A stretch of 64,000 bases of DNA from Octopus sinensis (taxonomy: Eukaryota): contig NC_043000.1 in assembly GCF_006345805.1 (NCBI RefSeq), forward strand, positions 147,560,001-147,624,000, given 5' to 3'. Positions 37,998 through 50,045 of this stretch are shown piece by piece (position 1 is the stretch's first letter; each line of letters starts with the position of its first letter). Under the pieces are notes generated by a model. It saw nothing but the letters and a program-made list of their open reading frames with translations. It made no database searches and was not told the DNA's origin. The translations under genes were made by a program, and so were the position numbers.

Positions 37998-39061
37998 TTA
38001 TTATTCAGGTAACTGTACTGTTTGTGTCTATATATTAGAAGATATGTGGAGGTTGATAGTAAATACAAACTTGAATCACTGAAGTCTTCAAATGGCCTAT
38101 ATTAAAAACAATCATTTTGCTACCAAACTATTTAGATGTAAAGATTTATGTTTGCAAAAACTTGTACTTTATTTTCCATGTCATATCCTGCCTCTATATT
38201 TTCATTGCTTGTTTTGAATTTGTATAATCTTTTCAAGTAATGTTAATGATATATTTGTAGTGAGTTGTGGTCACTAATGTGTATTTCATTAAACATGAAC
38301 TTGAATTTAGAACAAAGCACTTTGATTTCAAATTTATTTCTAATTGATTGTACACTAACACACTTCTTGTCAAAGGAAGCTTCAGTTATTAAGAATTGAA
38401 TTTCACTTATATGCTTTTGGTTGCTTCAAATTGTTACTGTTTTGCTAATATACTTATTACTTTTGCATGCCATATGAACACATTCTAACTTAACTTGCAT
38501 GCCCTAGTATGTGCGCTTTGAAAATTAAAATCCTTTACAAAAAAAGAGAAAAAGGTTTCTGCCATTCATATTGATGTACTAACCACATTTTTCATTGTTG
38601 TTCTTTACAACACACATCACATACATACATGTATATATATATATCCATACATGCACAAACACATGCATATGAAATGTAAAACTAAGACATAGACCCCCCA
38701 AGCTGCGTCACTGGCTACCTGTCAAGGTGTAACTAACGGTAACTTTGCACAAGAATTGATACAGAGTAGAGGGGATTCTAGTTCTGTTGCATAGGACAAC
38801 CTTTCTTGTCCTGGTTGACAGAACATTATATTATGGTATGTATCTAGGCCACATTGTAAAACAAACCTAACAAAGATAACTATGTGCTCTAGATGGCATG
38901 GTGTTATGGTTGGTCAGTGGTGAGATGTGGTATGATCCATCCAGACCATGCCAGTATGTATATGTGGGGTGGGGTAAAAATTTAAGATAAAGTGGTGGTA
39001 TATTCAGCTTACAAGACAATAATTTCTCTATTATAGTTTCAACTTTCAGAAATATGAATTT

Positions 39062-39364
39062 GGCACATAAAAACACCATCCGAGCGTGGCCGTCTGCCAG
39101 CCTCGTCTGGCACCTGTGTCGGTGGCACATAAAAACACCATCCGAGCGTGGCCGTTCGCCAGCCTCGTCTGGCACCTGTGTCGGTGGCACATAAAATCAC
39201 CCACTACACTCTCGGAGTGGTTGGCGTTAGGAAGGGCATCCAGCTGTAGAAACACTGCCAGATCTGACTGGCCTGGTGCAGCCTTCGGGCTCCCCAGACC
39301 CCAGTTGAACCGTCCAACCCATGCTAGCATGGAAAACGGACGCTAAATGATGATGATGATGATG
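39062..39364 (+). mobile_element. RTE 3' tail (young subfamily)
   Basis: Two ~60-nt units plus core and (gat)n. Nearly identical to 51176-51486 and to the reverse complement of 27630-27930. Confidence 0.9.
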
Positions 39365-39924
39365 AAACATTTTGCTGTCTCCCTGCATGAAATACTACCT
39401 TACTGTCTAATTAAGAATTCATTTTTGTAACATCTCGGCAATCTTGAATGTCACAACTCCATATACTTTATTTTGGTATTTTGGATGTTATCTTTACTTT
39501 CAAATATATACTGATATAAAATACGGTTGCCTATTCTTCCGACTTCTACCATTCAGTTGTATAATGGTTCCACAGAAAGAGTTCTCTGCTGTCAAAGATT
39601 AAATCCATACTTTTTGCAATCTGAAACAAAAAAAAAACAAAAAAAAATCCAGCATCAAACATTTTAAGTCTGTTTACTCTGCTAAAGTGGGATTTAGATT
39701 TGCATATCCTCTATTTTGAATACATCATAGTTCCCATTACAAGGCAGTGTTTTATGAAATGAATATCTTTCATATTGCCAACCCTTTCAGTCATCCGTTA
39801 TTACATGATATACAGTGTGCTTCTAAAACTGGCATACATACCTAAAGCACCTTAATTCAAAAGTAAAAGATCTTTTTCATGAATAATGTCAGTATATAGT
39901 AAATTGATTTTTAGTTTGTGGTTA

Positions 39925-40626
39925 TCTTTTACTTGTTTCTGTCAATGGAAGGGCATCAGTCAAACAAATTAACTCCAGTTCTTATTATTTTTAAGTTTGG
40001 TACTTTCTATCAACCCTTTTTGCCAAGCTGCTAAGTTATTGGAACATAAACAAACCAACACCACTTGTCTAGCACTGGTGGGGGACAAACACACACACAC
40101 ATGACACACTTCTTTCAGTTTCCGTCTACCAAATCACCCTCTCACAAGGCTTGGGGCTATAGTAGAAGACATTTGCCCAAGGTGCCATGCAATGGGACTG
40201 AACCCAGAACCATGTGGTTGGGAAACAAACTTCTTAATACACAGCTTCACCTATGCCTATGCAAGCATTTGGAATTTTAGAAATTCAAGATATTGGATAT
40301 TTCTCTTACTCTTTTACTTGTTTCAGTTATTCGGCTGTCAATCTATCAGTCTCTTTTGCCAAACTACTGAGTTGCATAGATATAAACATACCAACATCAG
40401 TTGTCAAGCGATGATGGGGGACTAACACAGACACGCAAATACATGCATATATATATATATACGATAGGCTTCCTTCAGTTTCCGTCTGTCAAATCCACTC
40501 TCAAGGCTTTGGTCAGCCTGAGGTTATAGTAGAAGACACTTGCCGAAAGTTCCAAAGCAGTGGAACTGAACCCAGAATCATGTTGTTAGGAAGCAAGCTT
40601 CTTACAACAGAGCCACTCTCGCGCCT
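39925..40626 (-). mobile_element. Two tandem older family A SINE copies
   Basis: Two successive tttcagtttccgtct...atagtagaagaca.ttgcc...actgaacccaga blocks ending near 40260 and 40626. Confidence 0.7.
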
Positions 40627-40994
40627 ATTTCTGTAATAATTTTGTCCCAAATTTAGCTTTAGTATTTTATTTTTAATAAGAAATCTTATTGTTCTGTTGT
40701 AGGTATAGAACTAAATAAATCCCTATTCTTTGGAATCCAGACTTAAGTCCTTTTAGTAAAATGATTTTACTAAAATTTCATTTCATGAATAATCTGCATA
40801 AAACATGAAATGTAAACAAGTATTGATTTTGTTTCTAATATTGAGTCCAGCGTTGATCAGTAAATTAGTGCAAATTTTAATGAAAAATATAATCACTATT
40901 TTGAAAATATTTAAATCTAATTTGTACTGTACTTTTTCTTGGAGAGCATCCAAAAAGAAACATTTTGATATCTTATTTATGAAATTTGGATGAA

Positions 40995-41280
40995 TCATCA
41001 TCATCATCATTTAACATCTGCTGTCCATGCTGGCATGGGTTGGACGGTAAGCTGGAAGGTTACAGCAGACTCCTGTCTGATTCGGCATGGTTTTCTACAG
41101 CTGGATGCCATTCCTAACGTCAACCACTCTGATAGTGTACTGGTTGCTTTTGCATGCCACTGGCACAGGTGCCATTTGCATGACACCAGTATCTGTCACG
41201 GCTGCGATTTTGTCCGGCTTGATGGGTCTTCTCAAGCACAACATAATGCCAAAGGTCTCGGTCATTACCTCCATGTGGCC
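40995..41280 (-). mobile_element. RTE 3' tail, older subfamily
   Basis: (cat)n, ttctacagctggatgcc core and gggtcttctcaagcaca ORF-end motif. Confidence 0.7.
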
Positions 41281-42885
41281 CAGGAAATATGACAATTTGA
41301 ATGGTCAGTATATTGGTCGAAATTTTACCTAATTGGCCTAAATGAAGAACAACTAACCATATCTGTGATGTTATATCTTTGAAACTGAAGTGATAGTCAT
41401 TTTCAAACCACACAAACTAATAGTTGCCTAATTTTTTTCAAGGTTCTCAAAAATGAAATGGGGTGGGGGCAATTTTTTAAATATTTATGTAAAGCCTATT
41501 TTGTTACATGTAACAAACAGGTGATTTTGTGATGTTTTCGGATGTAGCTAAATCCAAAAGTACAAGCCACAGGGATTTGAATTTTGGCACATTTGTAGTA
41601 GGTATAGAACTAAATATATCCTGAGATTTTTGGACATGATACCAGTTCAATAAAAATGGTGGAGTTTTGAATCAGGGCACCCACATAAATTGGATTTTCT
41701 CCATTTTGGCAGGAATTTTCCCAATATTTTCTCACCGTGGCCTTGGAAATGATTGGGGGAGGGGGTATATAAAAAATATTTTTTTCATCCATCCTCCTGA
41801 CCAATTTTGGCCAATTTTTATTTTAGCATTATGTACTTAAAAATGATAGGAGAAACCCTTTTTGGTAAAAAAAAAAAAAAAAAAAAAAAATTTCAAATTA
41901 TTTTCAGGCAAATTTAAGGGAGATTTAGCTGTTGCTTCTAGCACATTCCATGACCACCTGGTACCTGTCTCAGAATTGTATGTAAATCTGTATGTAAACA
42001 AAATGTAAAACCTAATTCCTTGTTTTAGCATTAAAATCATCTGTAACTTACAGCAAACTCGTTAGAAGTGGGAAGAGAGAAAGAGAGAGAAAAAGAAAGA
42101 AAATGACTAAAACATTGTCAGCGGTTATTTGCGAAATTGGAAAAACTACCACAAATTATCTGACTGTATTCAAAATGGGGGGAAATAAATATCACATCAG
42201 ACGTTATTATCCTACAAAGTAGTATTCATTGCACAATATAATTTGTATTGACAAAATTTGACAAATATTTCTCAGAGAAAAAGAAAAAAATTTACGTGCA
42301 CAAGAATATCTGGTACGTAAAATTTGGACATCGCTTGACACATGTTAAAAAAAACATTTTCAGTATGATGATTCCATGCTAATTGTGTAGCCCAATTTAG
42401 TGCTTTTTTTTTTTTTTTGTAGAAATATGTTTATTTACCAATTAATTTGTCCATTTCTTGAAATTCTGACCCAAAACCAATATTTGAAGCCTTGGATTCA
42501 TGTTCCATTTGACTTCTCGCCATGCAGGAATATGTACGTTTGACAAGTAGCATCAGTATGCATTAAGCATTTATAGGCAAGATGGTAGTACCACCCTCTT
42601 TATTGACTTCATGATTTTTCATCATATCGTAGCCAGATTTGACAATGATCTTATTAAAGTTTTTCTTTCTTATGATATAAAATCTTGAAGAAAATATGTT
42701 CTAAGTGAAAATTAATGATGAAATTTTCACTTTTATATATTTTATAATGATAATCTGACCCCATTGATTTTTATAGCAAAATAAAGCAAAAGCAGTCTTC
42801 TTCATGACTGATTTTTAAGGCAAGACTAACCCCTCAGATGTAGGAAAACACCCCTAAATTGAAGATGCTCTCACTCAGCTGGAAT

Positions 42886-43269
42886 TGGAAGCACTCAGTC
42901 GGTTACGACGACCAGGGTTCTGGTTGATCCGAATCAACGGAACAGCCTGCTCGTGAAATTAACGTGTAAGTGGCTGAGCACTCCACAGACACGTGTACCC
43001 TTAACGTAGTTCTCGGGGATATTCAGCGTGACACAGAGAGTGACAAGGCCAGCCCTTTGAGGTACAGGTACAACAGAAACAGGAAGTAAGAGTGAGAGAA
43101 AGTTGTGGTGAAAGAGCACAGCAGGGATCACCACCATCCCCTGCCGGAGCTGCGTAGAGCTTTAGGTGTTTTCGCTCAATAAACACTCACAACGCCCTGT
43201 CTGGGAATCGAAACCGCGATCCTATGACCGCGAGGCCGCTGCCCTAACCACTGGGCCATTGCGCCTCCA
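42886..43269 (-). mobile_element. tRNA-derived SINE family D, full length
   Basis: Minus head ggaggcgcaatggcccagtggttaggg...ggtttcgattccc. TSD cactcagctggaat (42872-42885) / cattcagctggaat (43270-43283). Confidence 0.92.
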
Positions 43270-44884
43270 CATTCAGCTGGAATAAAACCCAGGTAAACCA
43301 AATATGGCATACATCAAGATTAATGTTCTATCAAAAAACATAATATTCAAATCACCACATTATCTCTTCACATGACCAACATGGCAAACACACTCTTTTT
43401 TTAAGGTCAGTTTTTCCACCAAACTATCAAAGATGATATGCTCTAACTTTGAATGCCAACAGATTGGGATACAGTCTGGATGCTGAATCAAAGACATTGA
43501 TGAAATTGACCTAGATTTCATTGTGGGGTTGCTCGTAGCCATATGCAGTTCAAGCGTTTTTGACCCTTGGGTAGTGGCTTTCAAGTGTCTCTGGAAGATG
43601 AACACATGAAGTATATCTAATAACAGTAGAACAGCATCTAGGCACATACCAAAGTAACACATACGCAAAATTTCAGCTTATTATATCAGTTATTCTCGGA
43701 GATATTATGACCTAAAGATTGCTACTAGTAGTCAGAAATGTCATTTTGAGAAAAATGCAAAAAACACTGGAAATAATCGATTTTACAACAATGCCCAACT
43801 ACACCAGGATAATATCCACATTTTAGTGAAATATTTGCAGTTTTGCAGAGTCAATAATGCCCAGATGCATATCCTTTGTTATTTTTCTGAGATTTTGCTA
43901 TCTGAAATCTGAGGTATTAGTCTTGATTGAGTTACAACAACATTCTAGCTCATTGAACTAGAATGAGGGTTACCATTTGGCAGAAAAAAGGGTGGGGGAC
44001 AAACTCTGTGAATGGATTGAAATACTAGGCTGATTGAGGGACCCTGTCATAATATGTCAGATTTTGATCAAAACTATATGAGAAGCAAGTTCACATCCAG
44101 AACTTTCAAATGCTATATAATTTTCTGTGGAAAAAAAATGCAGTTTGGCATGAACATTTTCAAGGAAGAAGTGTTTATGAGTGTTCAAACTGTGCTTGTA
44201 TCCTTTCTGCAGTGATACCTAATAATAGATAGAAGCAGAAATTATTATAACAAAAACTGAAAGTATATATTTAAATTTTAAAAACTATATTTTAAGTAAA
44301 TAATAACTCACTGGATATGCACCAATATTTCTGTACACACAGTAATGTCAAAGTTAAACAATGAAATTAACTAGTGTATTTAAATATCTATTTAATATAT
44401 ATTATAAACACATTTTTATCATTTTTAAAAACAATTTTAAATACTCAAGCTTTCCACTTTATCAAATCTTTGATGCAATGCCTTGAGAATATAACTTATA
44501 TACATCAGGCCATAAATAATCTCTAATCCAGTAGAAATTATGAGTAACTTTCAGGCTTATTTTTGTATCTCAGTATGTAGTGGTAAATGCTTTTATTTAT
44601 TTCTCATTCATGATATAGTATCTGCATAAACAGCAAATTGGCAGATGTTAGAACATTGAGGAGATTGTCTCATGCTATTTGTTCTGTGTCTGTCTGTACA
44701 TTCTGAGTTCAAATTGTACTGAAGTCAATTTTAGGATCAGTGAAAAAAGTATCAATCAGACCAGATGCTTTGCAGTTTTTATTCTGAATTAAAATCTTGC
44801 AATAGATTACTCAGGTGGTTAAGCTCAATTCAACATCACCACTTAGCACTTTTGGGTGTCTTTAGCAGGGTCTACTCTGTTGCA

Positions 44885-45150
44885 AGTTAGTTAGTTAGTT
44901 AGTTAATTTTTGGCTCAAAAGCAAATAGCAAGGCCATGTAGAGGGACATGGAGTTAAGTACAGGGTGGTGTTCATGTAAAGAGTTCAGGCCACTTGAGGT
45001 CAAGGGAGACTTTGAACAAAGCGGTCGTCGGCATCTTCACCATCTCGTCTGGCAGCTTGTTCCACGGATCCGCAACCCAGACGGAGAAAGCTCCTCTCTT
45101 TCGATTGAGATGAAATCTTCGCAGGTAGAGCTTTTCGGAACGTCCCGCAG
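44885..45150 (-). mobile_element. 5'-truncated CR1-type LINE 3' end with a (taac)n tail
   Basis: Minus strand GRSEKLYLRRFHLNRKRGAFSVWVADPWNKLPDEMVKMPTTALFKVSLD matches the CR1 ORF2 C-terminus pattern RGHxxKL...FSxRVxxxWNxLP...FKxxLD. Short UTR, then (taac)n. Confidence 0.85.
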
Positions 45151-45725
45151 TATTTGGGTTTGGTCTCCAGTTTAAGGACACCGTCCCCTTCCTCTTACCA
45201 GTCTTGCTTTTTAATGTCCTATAGCCTTTTTTGGTTCCACACACACATGCAGAGTCCATGTATGTGACGCCATGTAAAAACACCCATGCAGTGCCACATA
45301 AAAGCACCTGGTGCACTCTGTAAAGTGATTGGCATTAGGAACAGCATCCCGCTGTAGAAACCATGCCAAATTAGACTGGGGTCTGGTACAGCTCCCCAGC
45401 TTGCCAGCATGAATACTGAACATTAAATGATAGTGATGATGGGAGAACTTCTCATATTGTTATGACTAGATGTTCTCAACGGTTTATGCCAGGGGATGAG
45501 GAAAATACCAGGCGAACCGGCTATGAAGGTGTGATTCAAGCATAATTTAGAATCTGCAGCAATCTGTTGCAGTTTCATCCCCAGATTCTGCCTGTCTCAC
45601 ACTTGCTGCAGAGGAAGGTTTAGAATACGGTGTGTGGGTCACCTCCTGGCAAGTTGTGATCCACCTTAATCAAACCCACACCATTGAATCTCTTCCTTTG
45701 TAATGGTCCAAATGTTCATCTAGGA

Positions 45726-45927
45726 CAGTGCTTTTCAAACTTTTTGCTGGAGCGGAACCCCAAGGAAACATTCCACTGGCTCGAGGAACCTCTGTGCAAT
45801 AACTTAAATTGTCTTATGCACACATATCTGCACAGGAGAATTAAAAATTACTGCTGATTTTAGCAGTTTTGTAACTTCTTGCGGAACCCCTGGACTGTAC
45901 TGGCGGAACCCTGGTTGAAAACCACTG
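45726..45927. mobile_element. hAT MITE, 202 bp
   Basis: Reverse complement of 6550-6750. Perfect 8-bp TSD atctagga at 45718-45725 and 45928-45935. Confidence 0.92.
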
Positions 45928-46065
45928 ATCTAGGAGATGAAATTGATCTATGGATTCAAGGGACGAGCTGATGACGACACACACACACATATAATTGTTC
46001 CATTTCTTTGCATTTGACTTATCTTTCTAGACACCTCCAGCTATATACTTTTGTGTTGCTGACCT

Positions 46066-46297
46066 TTAACCTTTTAGCATTCAGGTTACTCAGTCAAATG
46101 TAATGCTTCTTTATTTAATGTTTTGAATTTATCAAATCATGCACTACCTTGTGGCTTCAAGATTTCAATGATGAAATAGTATATTTATTAGAATGTCATT
46201 GTAGGATAAGTGTAAAAGGCTGGATCTGGTTAGTTTAAACATAAGTCGGATAGAATATTTTGGCCAGATATGAACAGTTTAAATGCTAAAGGATTAA
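46066..46297. mobile_element. TTAA-type MITE T2
   Basis: TTAAccttttagcatt ... aatgctaaaggaTTAA. Confidence 0.78.
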
Positions 46298-46578
46298 AAG
46301 TGTACCTCAGTTAAATATGTTTGAATATAAATATCTTTTTGTATAAAACCTTAGTTATTGTTAATTTTGAGTGTTCACTATTTGCTAATATAAATCACCA
46401 AAAGCACCCATATAATAATATCAGAGGAAAGTTAATGACAGTTGATTTTGTATTGGGTAATTTTTTTTATTGTTCGGTTTCAACAACAATGACTTGTATA
46501 AACTAACTAAATATTTCAGAATAAAACTGCAAGATATGTCAAAATGAAAGTACAACAAACATTTTCTCGTTGCACATA

Positions 46579-46964
46579 TGATGGAAGCACTCCGTCGGTT
46601 ACGACGACCAGGGTTCTGGTTGATCCGAATCAACGGAACAGCCTGCTCGTGAAATTAACGTGTAAGTGGCTGAGCACTCCACAGACACGTGTACCCTTAA
46701 CGTAGTTCTCGGGGATATTCAGAGTGACACAGAGAGTGACAAGGCCGGCCCCTTGAAATACAGGTACAACAGAAACAGGAAGTAAGAATGAAAGAAAGTT
46801 GTGGTGAAAGAGTACAGCAGGGATCACCACCATCCCCTGCCGGAGCCTCGTGGAGCTTTAGGTGTTTTCGCTCAATAAACACTCACAACGCCTGGTCTGG
46901 GAATCGAAACCGCGATCCTACGACCGCGAGTCCGCTGCCCTAACCACTGGGCCATTGCACCTCC
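46579..46964 (-). mobile_element. tRNA-derived SINE family D, full length
   Basis: Perfect 15-bp TSD ttctcgttgcacata at 46564-46578 and 46965-46979. Highly similar to 42886-43269. Confidence 0.93.
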
Positions 46965-47874
46965 TTCTCGTTGCACATAACCAGTCAGAACACAGAACAG
47001 TTCCTTATGACATATATTTTTCATTTTAAGATTGAGATTTACATTCTTATTATTTGGATTTCTAAAATAATTAGTGATTTCCCTTCTAGAATTCAAGTAT
47101 GGAATCTGTTTTAACAGCAACATTGTTATCGTTATACTTACTTAATTATTAAAACATCCAATTTCTTTATTAGCCACATGGGCCCAAACATAGAGGGGGA
47201 CAATACAGCCTGATTGGGGTCAGACACACAATGATTATATGACTTTTAAAATTTTACAAAATATAATGAAATGTTAAAGAGAATAATCATAATGCTGATG
47301 ACATCATAATGATAATGAAATCATAGAAACATTAAGTCAAAATTAAGCAGTTAGTGATAAATATTTCAGCAAGGAGAGACATAGTAAAGGTTGGTTTCCT
47401 CAGTCTTAATTAAATCAAGATGTGAATATGTAAAAAAAAATTTTATGAAGATAATTCTCATTCTTATTGCTTTTATTTCTATTTTATGTGCCGGCAGTTG
47501 TTGGGTGGGTTTGCAAAACAATATTTACCTATGTTTCAAATCTATCATCTTAGGTTGATACAAAAGGCTAAGCTTTCTAATGTGGTAGGATCTCGCATAT
47601 GTAATAAAGTGAATTGAAAACTTTTATTAAGTGAGATTATCAAAGCAAATATTAAACGGAAACTCCTAGTATTAAAATAAAAAAAATTAAAAGGGTATTA
47701 AAAAAGTGGTGGTGATGATGACTACTATAAGATAAACTGAACATAATTTTTTAACAATATAGACAATTGGAGTGAATCCAGACTTTAAAGCCAACAACTG
47801 AAAACAATGAACATGCTTGCTCTCATTAAACCTTCTCAGTCAGTGAAAGATATTTCACTCAGTGTCGAGACTGC

Positions 47875-48127
47875 CCCGTGCCGGTGGCACGTAAAAAGCA
47901 CCATCCGACTGTGGCCGTTTGCCAGCCCCGTCTGGCACCTGTGCCGGTGGCATGTAAAAAGCACCCACTACACTCACGGAGTGGTTGGCGTTTGGAAGGG
48001 CATCCATCCGTAGAAACATTGCCAGATCAGACTGGGCCTGGTGCAGCCTTCTTCCCAGACCCCAGTTGAACCGTCCAACCCATGCTAGCATGGAAAGCGG
48101 ATGCTAAATGATGATGATGATGATGAT
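47875..48127 (+). mobile_element. RTE 3' tail (family C)
   Basis: Two gtgccggtggcac-type units, core and (gat)n. Confidence 0.85.
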
Positions 48128-48390
48128 TTTCCCATGCTTGCATGAGACAGACTTTCTACAACTGGATGCTCTTCCAGTTGCCAATCCTCAATTGTTTCTA
48201 CACAAGATAATACTTCTTTGTGACTGGGCATGTTTTCATGGAAGATTGAAAATGAATGACACCACTTGTAATGGCAGTCACATTTATTTACAACTATCAC
48301 ATAATGTCAAAGCAGAGGCACAAACAAATGCACATATGTATATATACATGTCATTTTTTCGTTTAAGTTCATCAAATCCACTCAAGGTCT

Positions 48391-48681
48391 CCTCATCCCA
48401 TGTCTCCCTAGGTCTACCTCTTCCACAGGTTCCTTCTACAGTTAGGGAGTGGCACTTCCTCACACAGCTGTCTTCATTCGTATGTAACACATGACCATAC
48501 CAGCACAGTCACCTCTCTTGCACACCACATTTTCTGCTTCTTATTCCCAACTTTTCTCTCAGGGCGCTTACACTCCATTGCGTATGCGCACTGACATTAC
48601 ACATCCAGCAGATCATACCAGCTTCATTTCTTTCATGCCTACGCATGTCCTCAGCATTCATGGCCCATGTTTCACTGCCGT
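48391..48681 (-). mobile_element. Tail-less internal RTE ORF fragment inside an old SINE
   Basis: Encodes HVLHTNEDSCVRKCHSLTVEGTCGRGRPRETWDE on the minus strand. Nearly identical to 54334-54611. Confidence 0.85.
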
Positions 48682-49194
48682 TAGCCTGGGACTATAGAAG
48701 ATACTTGCCCAAGCTGCCATTTGCTTGGGAAGCAAACTTTCAAACCATACAGCCATATTTTTGCCTGTTGTTCAATACACACACACAGAAGTATGGTCAA
48801 TTTCCAACCATATGGTTTTAGGTTCAGTCTTACTACCTGGCAACTTGGGCTAATGTCCTCTACCATACCCTCAGATCACCCAAAGCCTTGTGAGTGAATT
48901 TTGTAGATGGAAACTGAAGGAAGCCCACCATATATATTTGTGTACATGTGTGTGTGTGTGTTTCCTTGTCTTAACATTGTGATAGTTGTAAATAAGCAAT
49001 ATTGCCATACAAGTAGTGTCTGTCATGTTCAATCTTCTGTGACAACATGTCCAGCTATAGGGAAATTTTACCATGCTTGCAGACTGGAAACACATCTAGC
49101 TATTGAACATTTACTTCAATAAATTCCATCTGACCCATTCAATGAGCATGGAAAAGTAGACATTAAAGCAATGATGATTTCATGCATATATCAA

Positions 49195-49633
49195 TGTGCT
49201 GGTGCCACGTAAAAAGCGCTAGTGCTGGTGTCACATAAAGGCACCCAATACACTCTGTCAAGTGGTTGGCATTAGGAAGAGTGTCTAGCTGTAGAAACTC
49301 TGCCAAAACAGACATTTAAAACCTGATGCAGCTCTCTGGCTTGTCAAACTCCTGACAAACCATCCACCCATGCCAACATGGAAAATGAACGTTTAGTGAG
49401 GATGATGATGATAAATACATATGTATATATATATATATATGAGGGAGAAAATATATTTTAGTGTGTTTGTTAGCTTGATGAGTGATGCGAAACCAGTTCT
49501 TACTTTAATTATGTTGAAAAAAAAATCGTATTTTGTACAAAATTATATAATATCTTTATTATTACGACTCTCATATACTCCTTAATCCTGTAAAACAAAT
49601 CTGTTTTTTTCATCTTTTCTCTTTCTGTGTGTG

Positions 49634-49677
<44 letters not shown>

Positions 49678-49980
49678 CTTGGTGACCTTGTCAGTGCAGG
49701 TGCCACTTAAAAGCACCCAGTTCACACTGTAAAGTGGTTGGCATATGGAAAGGCATCCAGCTGTAAAAACCTTGCCAAAACTGACCTCGCCTGTAATTGT
49801 GTCACGTAAAAAGCACTAAGTCCACTCTGCTGAGTAGTTGGTGTTAGGAAGGGCATCCAGTTGTAAAAATCCTGCCAGAACAGTTACAGAAGTCTGGTGC
49901 AGGCTTCTGCCCAGCCAGCTCTTGTCAAACCATCCCACCCATGCCAGTGTGGAAGGCAGACATTAAACGATGATGATGAT
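49195..49980 (+). mobile_element. Cluster of older RTE-type 3' tails and microsatellites
   Basis: gtggttggcattaggaag-like cores near 49262, 49734 and 49833. (gat)n ends near 49410 and 49980. Confidence 0.7.
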
Positions 49981-49984
49981 TTTA

Positions 49985-50041
<57 letters not shown>

Positions 50042-50045
50042 ACAA

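Noticed and set aside
43360-43668. KKECVCHVGHVKR resembling the Mutator-like ECVGHVQKR motif
   Set aside because: A single weak motif with no supporting domains or termini. It needs a tblastn search to resolve.
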